In this document: positions 50,260 through 61,275 of the stretch, piece after piece
Position numbering within the stretch: position 1 is the stretch's first letter
Layout of the letters: every line of letters begins with the position of its first letter
Assembly: GCA_003971905.1 (NCBI GenBank)
Contig: RSEE01000064.1
Location: 310,001 to 374,000 of the forward strand
Origin: Moniliella sp. 'wahieum'
Lineage: Eukaryota
Reading direction: 5' to 3'
Length of the DNA: 64,000 bases
Program-made: the position numbers and the translations under genes
Notes under the pieces: generated by a model
Database searches by the model: none
What the model was told of the DNA's origin: nothing
What the model saw: only the letters and a program-made list of their open reading frames with translations

Positions 50260-52171
50260 GTTGTGTCGTTTTTATGCAATGTCCGCGCTGAAGCTCGTTG
50301 GCGTACTGAGGGCTTCGTCAGCGCCCTGGCTTCAACAAGGCTTGAGGCTCAGGCTTCAGGACGTAGATTGAATTTGATTCGTTTTTATGGACCGTAGACT
50401 TCCCATTGCCCAAAGACGACGGCCATCTCCACCCTCTCTTTGCATCGAAACGCTCTTTCGTAGCGTCTTTTTTCTTCTCTTTGGGCTGGGATACTCCATT
50501 AAGGAATAAGATGCACGTCTGTTGGCTCATCAGGTTCAATGTATAGACCTGCATACTCGACAGAAAATTGGACCCGTTCGGGATGCTATACTATACCCAC
50601 TGAGGTTCTTTCCTTCGGTTCAAACACGTCTTTGGTCCCGACCGAGTCGTTATCAACGATACCGTGGAGATAGGAGCGACGATGCGTTCGGACCATCGAT
50701 CGGGGTCCCAGGTTCCTGCCTGGTAACCCGCCTAGACAACAGGCATGCAGCTCAAGTGGGTTACCTTTCTTCCTCCAGTCCCTCCGCTGCACCGTGAGGT
50801 TCGCACTAGTTAGTAATAACAGCCCACCGTCAAAGAGACCTTGACCGACACTGCAGTCACTGGCAGTGTAGCCAAACTAAAAGTAGAGATACTGATTAGC
50901 TCATGATCAACCCATAATAATACGCTCCGTGTCTACCAAGGGTCTACTTCCCTCTCTAGTTACCTTCGACTGCCTACTTCACCCACTGCACTATGCTCCC
51001 CCCCCAACCCCCCTTCTGCTCCACCCAGGAACTTGCATGGTACACTCGAACGGGACGGGGCTGTCTACGATTGGCTATAGACTAGGTTCTCGCCACCACC
51101 TACCAAGTTGGCTCGTACAGGCTCTCACGTGGTCAGTCACGGTATGACCGCAGCCGCTGTGTGGACGACCAACGGCGAGCGGGACGAACCCACCCCGGGC
51201 TGGACCTCTAAAGCAAAACCGACACTATAAACGGCGATAAAGAACTAACGGACAACATCTGGTTGGAGTCTGTCGGATACCATTGGCACCTCTACCAATC
51301 CATCTCCTCTGACCGTCCCTAGTGGCGTACTAACAGACAAATGGCACCTCTCTCGTAGGCGATCTGGGGACAACATGGTCTTAGTTGGGTTCAACCAACG
51401 TCGAAGGTGGGTGGGAGGGTTGAAATTGCTAGGTGCAGCACGGACAGGCACAGTCGCTAGACCGAATCTTACCCCCAGGGGCAGAGGCGAGAGTGTGCCG
51501 GCCAAAGTGGAGAGAGGGTAGGAACATGAGCATGAGGAACTAACTACGGGCTACTATCATGCCAACCCGTGCAAGTATTACGCCCACACATACGCTACCG
51601 CCGGTGAACTGGGCGGGAAAGGTTGGAGGCAGTAGGTACTCATCTGACCGATCAACGTAACGGACGAACCAATTGATCGGGTCACTGTCATATGACAACC
51701 CTCTCTACCTGTGCTGTCTTCGCCGCGAAACAGGTCCCTGGGGCGCAATCTGAGAGGCAGGGCACGGCAAGAGTTGAGAAGGCGTAATGGGATCTGTGGG
51801 TGTGCGGATCAGCGATGACTTCTGAGCCCTCGGGGCCACTGGACTGTCTGCGCTGCTGAGCTGATCTGTACCTCTGCCGATTTGCTGTGGTACCCCTCGT
51901 GTGAGGTGTGGGCCGCGGGGAAGCTATAGTGCAGAGGTGAGGGGTCTCAATAGCATAAGACGATTCATATACACTGTTGCATTTTTCTGTGGCCGGTGGG
52001 TTGTTGGTTTTCTTTTTCTTCTTGAGCATTGCTAGCCTGGCAGGCAAGTGGAAGGGATGGGGGCACAGTTGCGTTTTGTTTCTACGCCCCCTTTAACACC
52101 CTTTCCCGTACACATACACACCCCCACACCTCTGCGTGTCTGTCCCCATCTCATTCGCTTCTCCTCGGCGG

Positions 52172-53235
52172 TCAAACGATGCCCCATGCATCCTCGATCG
52201 CGCACGTAAAACTGGAACCGGGAAACGAGGTCAGAATTAAGTATCGCAACTGACGAGCCTAGCCAGGAAGGGGGGGGGGAGTCAACGTACCTTGCCACAC
52301 GCCACCGAGGCACTAAGGGAGTACTCGGAGATGGAGATCTCTCATCAACAATCGTATCGGCAAAGTTATCCTGACCAGGCCATCGCGCCGACAAACACGG
52401 CGAGCGAGTGGTCCTTGGGGATGGTGGGGATGTACTGGGACAAGGTGGACGGAGCATTGTGACTGAGGGTGATTTTGTGCGTGTTGGGAGGCAAGTGGTC
52501 ATTGATGGGTTCTTGATCACTGTCAGCAATCGTTCGTTGCCCTGAACGGAACGGATACTAAGTTTGAGCAACAGCTGAACCATCAGGCCAGAGAAGCGCT
52601 TGAACGTGCGCGGAATGCGCACACGCGGGTTCACTTCAATCAACACCCCCTTGGCCGTGTGGATGTAAACCTGCAGCAAACCAGCCTTGTTGAGCGGCGA
52701 GTCGAGCAAAGTCAAAAGACATTGGTGCGTAATGTCCGGCCTGGCATCCGCAATGTCCCGCCCCATCTTGGCCAGCACGCTCTGGTGGTCATCGCAGTTG
52801 AGCAACGCCAACTTGCCCCCGGCACCATCCTTGGCGCGCTTCCCGCCGCGCCACCCGCAGGACCATAGCCACGGTAGGCACTGCCGCTGCTCGTGGGCAT
52901 CTGGTACGTCTCGAGACACGCCTGCTCCAGGATGACAATCAGACGGGGAGTGTTGGCCTTTTCAGCCTCGGTCTTGGGCACCTTGGGCGCAGTAGGCACC
53001 AGCTGGGGCTCGGCACGCGCACGCTTCGTGCTGCCCGTCTCGTCGGGCTGCGAGGCAGGCGGCTTGGGCGGCAGGCCGTGCGGGCGGCGCGGGGTGAACC
53101 TTGGCGTCGGGCGGATGCGGGGCTCGGAGGGCTTGGCCGCCGCAGCAGGCGCAGCACTGACGTCGGGCACGCGGTAGCCGTCGAGGGCGGCGCGGCCATC
53201 TCGGCGTCGCTGGCAGAGTGCTCGCTGTCGGACAT
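52172..53235 (-). CDS. EMG1: 18S rRNA pseudouridine N1-methyltransferase Nep1/Emg1 (frameshifted in this sequence)
   Basis: [76 protein letters not shown] and VIKNP. Last exon [12 protein letters not shown] follows intron 52212-52290 (GTACGT..CTGAC..CAG). Confidence 0.95.
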
Positions 53236-53540
53236 GGCGGCGGTGGTGGGCGGGACGGAGGAGCAGCGGCGCGGGCGGGAAAAAAAAAATGGCCAGCCAC
53301 TGGGCCGGGAAGAGTCTGCGCCGGGAAGCGGGTGCGCCCGGTCACGTGACTTGGCCGTCCTCTCCGCTGGTAGCCGGCCGAGGAGAAGTGTTTCTTCGAG
53401 TGGGGTATATCCACTACCGACTATGCTATGACTATCGACTGTCGGCTATCTGATCCATCCATCCATGGGGATAGGCACGATCCAGGCTGGACTTCGAGCA
53501 TTGGTTCTCCAGGTAGGCGCGGCCACGTGGACGCGAACCG

Positions 53541-55963
53541 CTAGTCGGCCGCCCGGAGGAGCGCGTCGTCGAGGCGGACCGAGGCGGTGACGCGTGGGGG
53601 CGCCAACCCCAGCGGCGCCTCGCCCGCCGCATCCGCCGCGTCCGCCTCGGCCACAGGCAGCGCGTCCCGCACCATCACCTCCAGCTCCCCTGCCTTCTCC
53701 CACCCGCGCCACAGCACCAGCACCAGCGGCGACCCATCAGTTCCGCGTCCACCAGCCGGGCGGCACCGACGCCGCCCGGTCGTCCAGCACCACATCTCCA
53801 GCGCCACGGGCGCGGTAGGAAGGTAGCTTGCGCGCGCCGTACGTGCCCTGTGCGGCATCCAGCGCGGCCTGCACTGTGCGCCGCGCCGCCTCGGCATCGG
53901 GCGCAGACGAGGTTAGTAGCCGTAGTACCCGTTCCACTGCTTCGCGCGTGCCTTTCCCATCGTTCGCCTCGTCCACCGGAGGCGCAATCACATACGCCAC
54001 GTAGGGCGCTACTGCGCGTGGCCACACTAGACTTCTCCCCGCCTCGCGCGGCGGCACGTTGGGCCAACGCACCTATCAGGCGCGAAATACCCACCCCATA
54101 GCACCCCATTTGGAACGGCGCTTGGCCCATGTAGCGGTGGTCGGGCAAGCCCAGTGCATCTGCTTCCATCGCACTCACCTCATCTGGCGCAGGTGTCAGA
54201 CGCGAGCTTCGGCATTGGCATTGGTATTGGCATCTGCGTCTGGTGAGCGTTGCTCCGTGTCGCGCTCGGCCGCAATTTGCGCGGGGCGAGTGGGGCGCCC
54301 GGAACAAAGCCTACGTTGAGTGCGTCCGAGTACCGTGTGCCCAAGAGAAACGCGTGAGCGACTTCGATCGATTTGGTCGCTTGTTGTAAGGGCTAGTGAT
54401 GCCCTTGGCACTGCACTGTCCACATGCATCGCCGACCTCGGGTTGGGAATAGGCGCAACGGCTCGTGATCGAATGCAGCGTGCGCAGTCGCCCGGTTCAG
54501 CCACCGTCAGGGCGGGAACAGTTCTATAGCGACGGAGGCGGTGCGTTCCAGCCCCCTGGGTCTGGGCTTGAGCTTGGGATTGGGCTGCGCGCCGGTCCAG
54601 GCAGCCAAGACGGCGGTGCGAGACGGCTTCCATCATTTCGCTCGGTCCATCAGTGTGCACTCGCGATCGACATGCAGCTCGAGCCGATCAAAAATGACGG
54701 TAGTCCACCGGGCCCAATTTCCGGCTGGCCCAGACTCACGGGCTGGAGAGCACGCCCTTACTGGCGCGCACGACCGCTGCGTCATTCAACGTGCGCGTGC
54801 GCGGGACGACAAAGGCGTGCAAGGCGGAGGGCGTGGCAGGTGTGCGGCCGGTCTCCTCCGTGCCGGGCAAAGAGGAAAGTTGGTGGTCAGTTGGAACGCC
54901 TCCGAGGCGCAAATAGGCGTACTTCCACATCCCCTGCTTCCATCGGTAGCGGTACCTCACTGTTCATCGTCCGTGGCGCAGCGGGAGCAGCTCTTGGTTC
55001 CACACACCATGACATCCCACACGATAACAACGTATCTTCCCCAAGGATCGGGGAAATGGTACTCGTGACTCAGTTCGCCCCCGATTGCCCCGGTATCGGC
55101 CACAGCCGAGATCCACTGGCCATGCCGCGACCCGAGGATGCGATCCAAGATGCGTGTATATGCCTGGCGAACCGCTTGGTACGCATCTCGTGCCGCGGTA
55201 GGATCCGCCTCAACGTGTACAGGTCCTTCATTAGGAACTCGCGCGTGCGCAGAACCCTGCCCGCGGCCGCAGCTCGTTACGGAACTTGGGTGTGATCTGG
55301 AAGACGCGAACTGGGAGCTGACGATACGAATGTACATCCTGTGCCACCAGGCGTGTCACTTCTTCTTCGTGCGTCGGGCCTAGGAGATATTCCGTCCCAC
55401 TGCGCGAGGTAGCGTCATCAGTTTCCCCCTCCATTGTCTTCCACCGCCCTCGTCCGCCACAGCGCAGAGGGAAGTAACACGGGCATGGCAATTTCGCTCG
55501 CGGCCAGGCCGAGCGGTGAACTCATCTCTTCCCGCACCACATCCGTCACCTTGCGCAGCGTACGTAGACCAGGTGGCAGGAGACTGTACACGCCAGCAGA
55601 GGATTGACGTACATGCCCACCACGCAGTAGCAGTTCGACGCTGGCTACCCGCGAGGCGGCCGCACCGCTTTGGCCTGCCCGCCCGGCGCCAAAGGTGGGA
55701 CGAAAGAGTTTGCTGGCGCGGACAACGCGGGCGGTACGGCTGGGCTGGAGGGGCGGGGAGAAGGGGGTGTTAGGCGACGACGACGGCGGTAAGAAGGAGG
55801 AGAACGTACCACTGCGGGCGGCGCGGTGAGGGCGTGGTGTCGAGTAGGCGGCTGGGCGGTCCAGGGCAATGCGCAGGGCAGGAGCCGTGCGGTGGTGGGG
55901 GAGAGAGTGGTGGAGGGCAGGGATGAGGAGAGGGCGGTGGTGAGGACGCAGAAGAGCAGCCAT
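53541..55963 (-). CDS. Mitochondrial (bacterial-type) prolyl-tRNA synthetase; heavily frameshifted, 3' end approximate
   Basis: Class II motifs across frames: [97 protein letters not shown] and VVLDDR. Arg-rich presequence-like N-terminus. Confidence 0.9.
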
Positions 55964-56296
55964 GGCGGCGGCCCCAGCGGAGGATGGACGAGAAGGGGCG
56001 GTGGTGCGGCTGGGAAAAGAAGGGCGTAACGGGGTTGCCGATTAGCGGAGCCCAGCGGGAGGCCAGTCCAAGGGCCGAAGCCAGGCAGGTCAGGTGACTG
56101 GTCATGTGACCGTCCGGGGGCCGTCCCTGTCTGCTGTCTGCTGTCTGCTGTGGGTGAGGGTTTATTTGTGTTGGGTGAAATGGCGGCGACGATCCAAGAT
56201 CCACGTCTCCGCCCGGGTGCCATGGCAGAGAGGAGAGGCGCTGTTCTGGTTCGCTACCGGGTGGGAATCAAAATGCCAGATGGGATGGGGTGCAAG

Positions 56297-58245
56297 CTAA
56301 GTACAGAAAGGAGACAGGCAGACCGACCGACACACATACACACACACACATACACACAGGTGCCGCCAGCCTGGGCGCTGAAGAAAGTGTTCATGACGAC
56401 GAGTGCAAGAAGCCTTCGAGCGACGACGCTTTGGCTGTGGCAGACGATACTGCCAATTGGCGTGGCCGTCGAGGAAGCGCTGCGCGGCCGCCTCCACGTC
56501 CACCACCTCCTTGGGCACATTGGCAGTGAGCACCACCGGCTCCTTCTCGCCCACCACCACATCGTCTTCTACGCGAATGCCAATTCCACGGTAGGCCGGG
56601 GAAGCGCAGGTCGTTCAAGGGAATGTACAGGCCCGGCTCGACGGTGACAACCGTATTGGCTTGCAACTTGGTTGCGCGCGACACACTTGGCGTATCGTGC
56701 AGGTCGACACCGAGCCAGTGACCAAGTAGTGCGGGTACAGTACGTTCTCCAACACCCCGCTACTCAAGTGCATCCCCGTAACTGTCGTACCTCGTACGCC
56801 AGATTTCCACACTGCGCCGGTGCAGGTCAACCAACTGTAATTTGCCCGGGCACTAACCAGCGCCGTGACCTGCTTGGTCGTAGCCAACACCGCCTCGTAC
56901 ACGTCCCGCTGGGCCGGGGAAAACGTGCCGTTGGACGAGCCGTCCGTGGCGCGCACAGGCCAGCACGCGTAATGTCCGCCGCGTACCCGTCCACTTCCGC
57001 ACCGGCATCCATACAGATCAAGTCGCCTGGCCGGACAAGATGGTCGTTGGCGGTATAGTGGATGGTCAGTCCATTGGCTCCGCCAGCTACAACCGGTTCG
57101 TACGCCGGTAGGATCGACATGCCGGCCTGCGCCGCACACGCTACGTAATGCCGCTTGTACATGCGCTTCGGTCGTCTGCCCCGGCTCAATGGGCAGCCCC
57201 ATGGTGCGCGTCATGGCTAACGCCGATACGTCTGCCGCACGTTTCATCAGTTGCAGCTCAGCCGCACTCTTGGTCCATCGCAATCGTTCCACATGCGGCG
57301 CGAGACGGTTGGTGCGCAAAGCATCTTGCACCAACGCAAGTACTTGTCCATGTCGGTCTGCCGCTCAAACATACGGTGATCCAGTTGTTTCGCTATCCTT
57401 GCTCAACAGTTCCCCCAGCCGACTCATCGGTGGGGAGCGAACAGGCTTGCCAGCGCGGGCGGTGCGCAAGAGCGAAAGCGACGGCGGCGGATCAAAGTAC
57501 ACTTGGTCACACTCGTCATACAACGCGTAACTTGTTCCGCCAACTTGGCCCCGAGAAAGGGTACGCTTCGTCCGCGCCAAACACGTCGATCGCACCCTCT
57601 ACGCCGGTGCGCGGGCCATTCCACAGCTCCTCCGATGCGTCGCCCGAGGGAGCACGAGCATGATCAGTCGGTGGCCCTTGCCCGTTGGAGCATTCGGGTC
57701 TTCCGGTAACACCAGCGCCGCTGCATCGGGCTCCAAAAAGCCAGTGAGATAGAACATGTTGGATTCTTGCCGGAACCGATAAAAGATAGGACCAGACATG
57801 TACTTGATCCGCCCCGCCGAGGAGCAACACCCGCTCTTAGCAGGCAAACTGGCTAGCAACTTGGCCCGCCGAGTGGCGTACTCGGCACGCGTGATGCCCG
57901 GCGTGACCTGGCTCAGGTCCCATCCGCTTCGCCCGACGCAAGTGTCTTGTGCACCAGGCCGGCCCCGGCACTGAGCGGAAGACGCCGGGGGAACAAGTGC
58001 GGATGAGTCCACGGCATCGGCTGACCGTACTTGCGTGCACGCGCTCGCGCTGACGGCACCGCCGCCAGCCCTGGAGCCACGGCGGCGGGGCTGCTGCCCG
58101 CGGGACGGGGGTGGCGACCGCGTCGGACGACGGCGGGGGGGACTCATCGGCAGGCGGGCAGAGGAGAAGGAACGCAGAGGAGGGCGCAGGCCAGGCGCAG
58201 CAGGACCCCTCGTCGGGCGAGGCAGGCGGGCACGAAAGACGCCAT
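56297..58245 (-). CDS. ICP55: Xaa-Pro aminopeptidase (M24B), mitochondrial intermediate cleaving peptidase Icp55-like; frameshifted
   Basis: TPGITRAEYATRR, YRFRQESNMFYLTGFLEPDA, ELWNGPRTG, LRWTKSAAE, YEPVVAGGANGLTIHYTAND, MDAGAEVDGYAADITR, GTFSPAQRDVYEAVL and TVEPGLYIP. Presequence-like start MASFVPACLARRG. Confidence 0.88.
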
Positions 58246-58885
58246 GGAACGCACAGACGGCCACGGACTTGTCTGGTGGTCGTGGCTACCGCCTAACCTT
58301 CCTTCGCCAGCCAAGCCGACGTTTGGCGGACAGGGCGACTTTGCACACAGGCGTTGTGCCTCATCACCGCTCCCTGCGCACTCACCGTTCGCCGCCCGCA
58401 GGCTTTCCGCCCTCCCATTCCGCCCCTGCCCACCCCCCCACCCCCGCGCACCAGCCAAGCACACCGCCGCACGGAGAGCAGCTCCCACGGCCAACCCAAC
58501 GCATTCTGTTGCGCTTGCCCGCCACCGCCCAGTGGCGCTGAGCTTACGCGCGGGCGGCGTCATCCTCTCGCTGACAACCGATCACTGCCCCCCCCCCCCT
58601 CCTTCCCGCGCGGGCTGCCAAGAATACTATGTTGGAACCTAGTGGCTTGGGCTATAGAGGGGCAGCCACCGTGTCAAAGTACCGAGCCAGATCATTTCGC
58701 CTTGGATGTCAACCAGTTCCCACTAGGCCCGGAGCGCAGGGGAGCGAGGGACCCTACGCCGCCTCAGACGAGTCAAGCAGGGGCCAACCAGACCCGGCGG
58801 GGGACAGGGTGGAGTAAGCCGAGGCAGAGGCCGAGGGCGCGGGCGAAGCGGGGGCTGGGCCGGTCGGCGAAGCGGTGACGGTGGA

Positions 58886-59220
58886 TTAGCAACACAGTTC
58901 TTCCAGTGCGCAACACGCCAGCATACCCAAGCAGCACGCACAGCACCCGTCTGCCCATCGTTGCCGCGGGCAGGTTGTTGCTGCACGTACACCGTTTGCG
59001 GTGGCTGCTGCGGGTAGTAGCCTGTTGCGGTGGCGCGCCGTAGCCCTGTTGCGGAGGGGGCGTAGTAACCGCCTTGCTGGGGGGAGCGTTGCCGTAGTAC
59101 TATACCGCGTGCGTGGGGGAGCAGTTGTGTGTGCATGCAGGAGGCATGCCTGGATGCATGCCCTGGGTGGCGAGGGAGGGGGGCGAGAGGGTGTGACACG
59201 CGACGTACGGGTTGGGACAT
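58886..59220 (-). CDS. CYSTM (cysteine-rich tail-anchored) small protein
   Basis: Exon 1 is MSQP, followed by intron 59100-59208 (GTACGT..TAG). Then a Gln/Pro/Tyr/Gly-rich region (GYYPQQPPQTVYVQQQP) and a C-terminal GCCACCLGMLACCALEELCC*. Frameshifts present. Confidence 0.85.
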
Positions 59221-60374
59221 GGGGCGGGTGGGGGAATGCGGAATGCAGAGACGAAAGGGAAGAAGCAAGAGGAGGAGAGGGAGAGGGAGGTGGTGATGGT
59301 GGTTGGAAACGGCAAGTCCCCTGCAGGTTGGCTTTTGTGGACACCCAGCGGAGAGGGGTGTTCGGGGGAGGAGGGGGGAGCGGGTAGGCGAGCAGGCGGC
59401 GAAGCGGCATGCCGGCCAGGCAGCACACAGGTACCGTGCGGGGTACGCACCGCAGCGGTTAGACATGGTAGATAGCCTCTGGAACAGCAGCTGCGAGCAC
59501 GGGGCCTGCACGGGGCCTGCACGGGGCCTGCGTAGGCCTCCGTCCCGCACGGGGGGGTATGGGCTGGCGCAGCGCTGCCCGCCGCCGGCTGGGCACTGGG
59601 TGCTGCACTGCTGCGCCGGGCGCTGCCAAGCACGAGCCAAGCTGCCCGACGCACGGCGGCTGCCGGGGGTGGAGCACGCGGCAGGGCGCCACTGTCGGTG
59701 CCTCCGGCTGCTCGGCCTTTTGCGTGCGCGGCGGCTGGCTGGCGCCGTGGCCTGCCTGCCTGACAGCCGCCGTGGCGCGCAGGACGAGAGCCTCAGCGCA
59801 TGGGCCGAGCTGGCAGGGTGCAGGGTGCAACCCGTGTGCAACCTCTGCCTCGGGTTTCCGTCCCCAGGCCCCACAAGTTGGCTGAGCAGCTGCGCGCTAC
59901 GCTGCGCTCTTAAATCTTACCTAAGGCCTAAGGCCTGGCTGCCTGTCTCCGCTGCTCGCCCCCCGTGGAGAGACGGTAATTGGTTGTCTTCGGTTTTCAA
60001 TTCGGCATCCTTATCGATTATCCATCACCGTCCCCCCGCTCCCGCCATCGTCCCCTCGTGCTCCTTCCCACCGGCACCAACTATCGGCTACTGCGGTCGC
60101 ACTCCAACTATCGAACCAGGCATGGACCAGCCCAAATATGCTTCGAGACAATGCGGGGGCAGGGGAGCGCAGGGGAGGGGAGGGATTGGCCCAATAGAGG
60201 TGAGGTGCGCGTGGTGGGGACGTTGAGGGAGGGGGCGACTTGCTGCAGAGCAAGATGAAGAATTCCATCCAAGCGCGGCAGGCAGGTACATACGCATGGA
60301 CGCATGGACGCATGGTACTCCAGGGCCGCTGTGGGGCACATGGGGAGAGAGCAAGGGAGGGGAGGGGGCAATGT

Positions 60375-61061
60375 CTAGCCCAAGCTCGGGTACAACTTCT
60401 TGGTTCGTGCCACCACCTTCTTCACGTCCTGGCTGCGTGCGCGCGTGGTGACCAGCAACGCATCCGGAGTATCAATCACCACCACGTCGTCGACGCCGAG
60501 ACAGGCTATTGGCCGTCCGGCGGCCGGGACGATGATGCCGCCCGCCTGGGACTCGGTGATGACCAACCGATGGTCGCCCAGCACCCTAGCCTCGCCCTTT
60601 TCCGCCGGGATGAGCCCTGCGAGCGAAGCAAAGTCGCCCACGTCGTCCCAGCCAAACGTAGCTGGCACCACGGCCACCTTGCCCAACTTGGCTGCCGGCT
60701 CAGCGACCGCATGGTCAATCGCAATTTTTTCCAACTCGGGCCAGATCTGAGTAAAGGCAGCTTGCTTGGCTTCGGGGCCTTGGTCCCACGCCGCACCTAC
60801 CTTGAGCAAGCCCTGGTGCAACTCGGGCTTGGTGTGCGCCAGCAAGTCCAGTAACACTTTGGCCTGCACCACAAACATGCCTCCGTTCCAGCGGTACTCG
60901 CCCGTCTTCAAATACGCCGAAGCGGTCTTGGCATCGGGCTTTTCCACAAGTCAGCGACGACGCGCGCATTGGGCGCCGCCTCAACCCCGACCAAGGGCGC
61001 TCCCAGCTTAATGTACCCGAACCCAGTGCTGGGGTAGGACGGTGCAATCCCAATGGTAACC
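60375..61061 (-). pseudogene. 3' portion of a bacterial-type mannose-1-phosphate guanylyltransferase (ManC-like), interrupted by the retrotransposon
   Basis: VTIGIAPSYPSTGFGYI, EKPD..A..YLKTGEYRWNGGMF, IAIDHAVAEPAA, FGWDDVGDF and LGVDDVVVIDTPDALLV..SQDVKKVV. Homology ends abruptly mid-domain at 61061, where TGTTGAC begins. Confidence 0.88.
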
Positions 61062-61196
61062 TGTTGACATCCGTCCTAGGACCGCGCGGACCCTGAGTCA
61101 CGTGAGTCAGCTTTCATTCCTTCCGAGCTCGCACCAGTCTTCTGGACGAGTCAGTCGCAGAAGCTTCTTAGTCCAATACGACGTTCAGTGCTCACA
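61062..61196 (+). repeat. Putative 5' LTR (about 135 bp, TGT...ACA)
   Basis: Begins TGTTGAC at the gene breakpoint. Ends CTCACA 5 nt before a PBS-like sequence. The second LTR is not in the window, so the 3' edge is inferred. Confidence 0.55.
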
Positions 61197-61201
61197 TTCT
61201 G

Positions 61202-61214
61202 TGGTAGTAGCGAG
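61202..61214 (+). other. Putative primer-binding site (initiator tRNA-Met-like)
   Basis: TGGTAGTAGCGAG starts with TGGTAG, the complement of the CUACCA 3' end of eukaryotic tRNAi-Met. It lies between the putative LTR and the gag ATG. Confidence 0.5.
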
Positions 61215-61275
61215 GCCGACAGAGTTACATCCTTATCTGCTCATCCCTGAGCTGGCCAAAACTACACCCACAACC

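Noticed and set aside
52172..58245. Programmed ribosomal frameshifting or a pseudogene cluster
   Set aside because: The shifts are numerous and scattered, often at homopolymers, and affect an essential gene with intact motifs. Consensus error is the simpler explanation.
59303..60226. 307-aa + strand ORF
   Set aside because: It lies in the GC-rich CYSTM promoter region and has no protein-like features.
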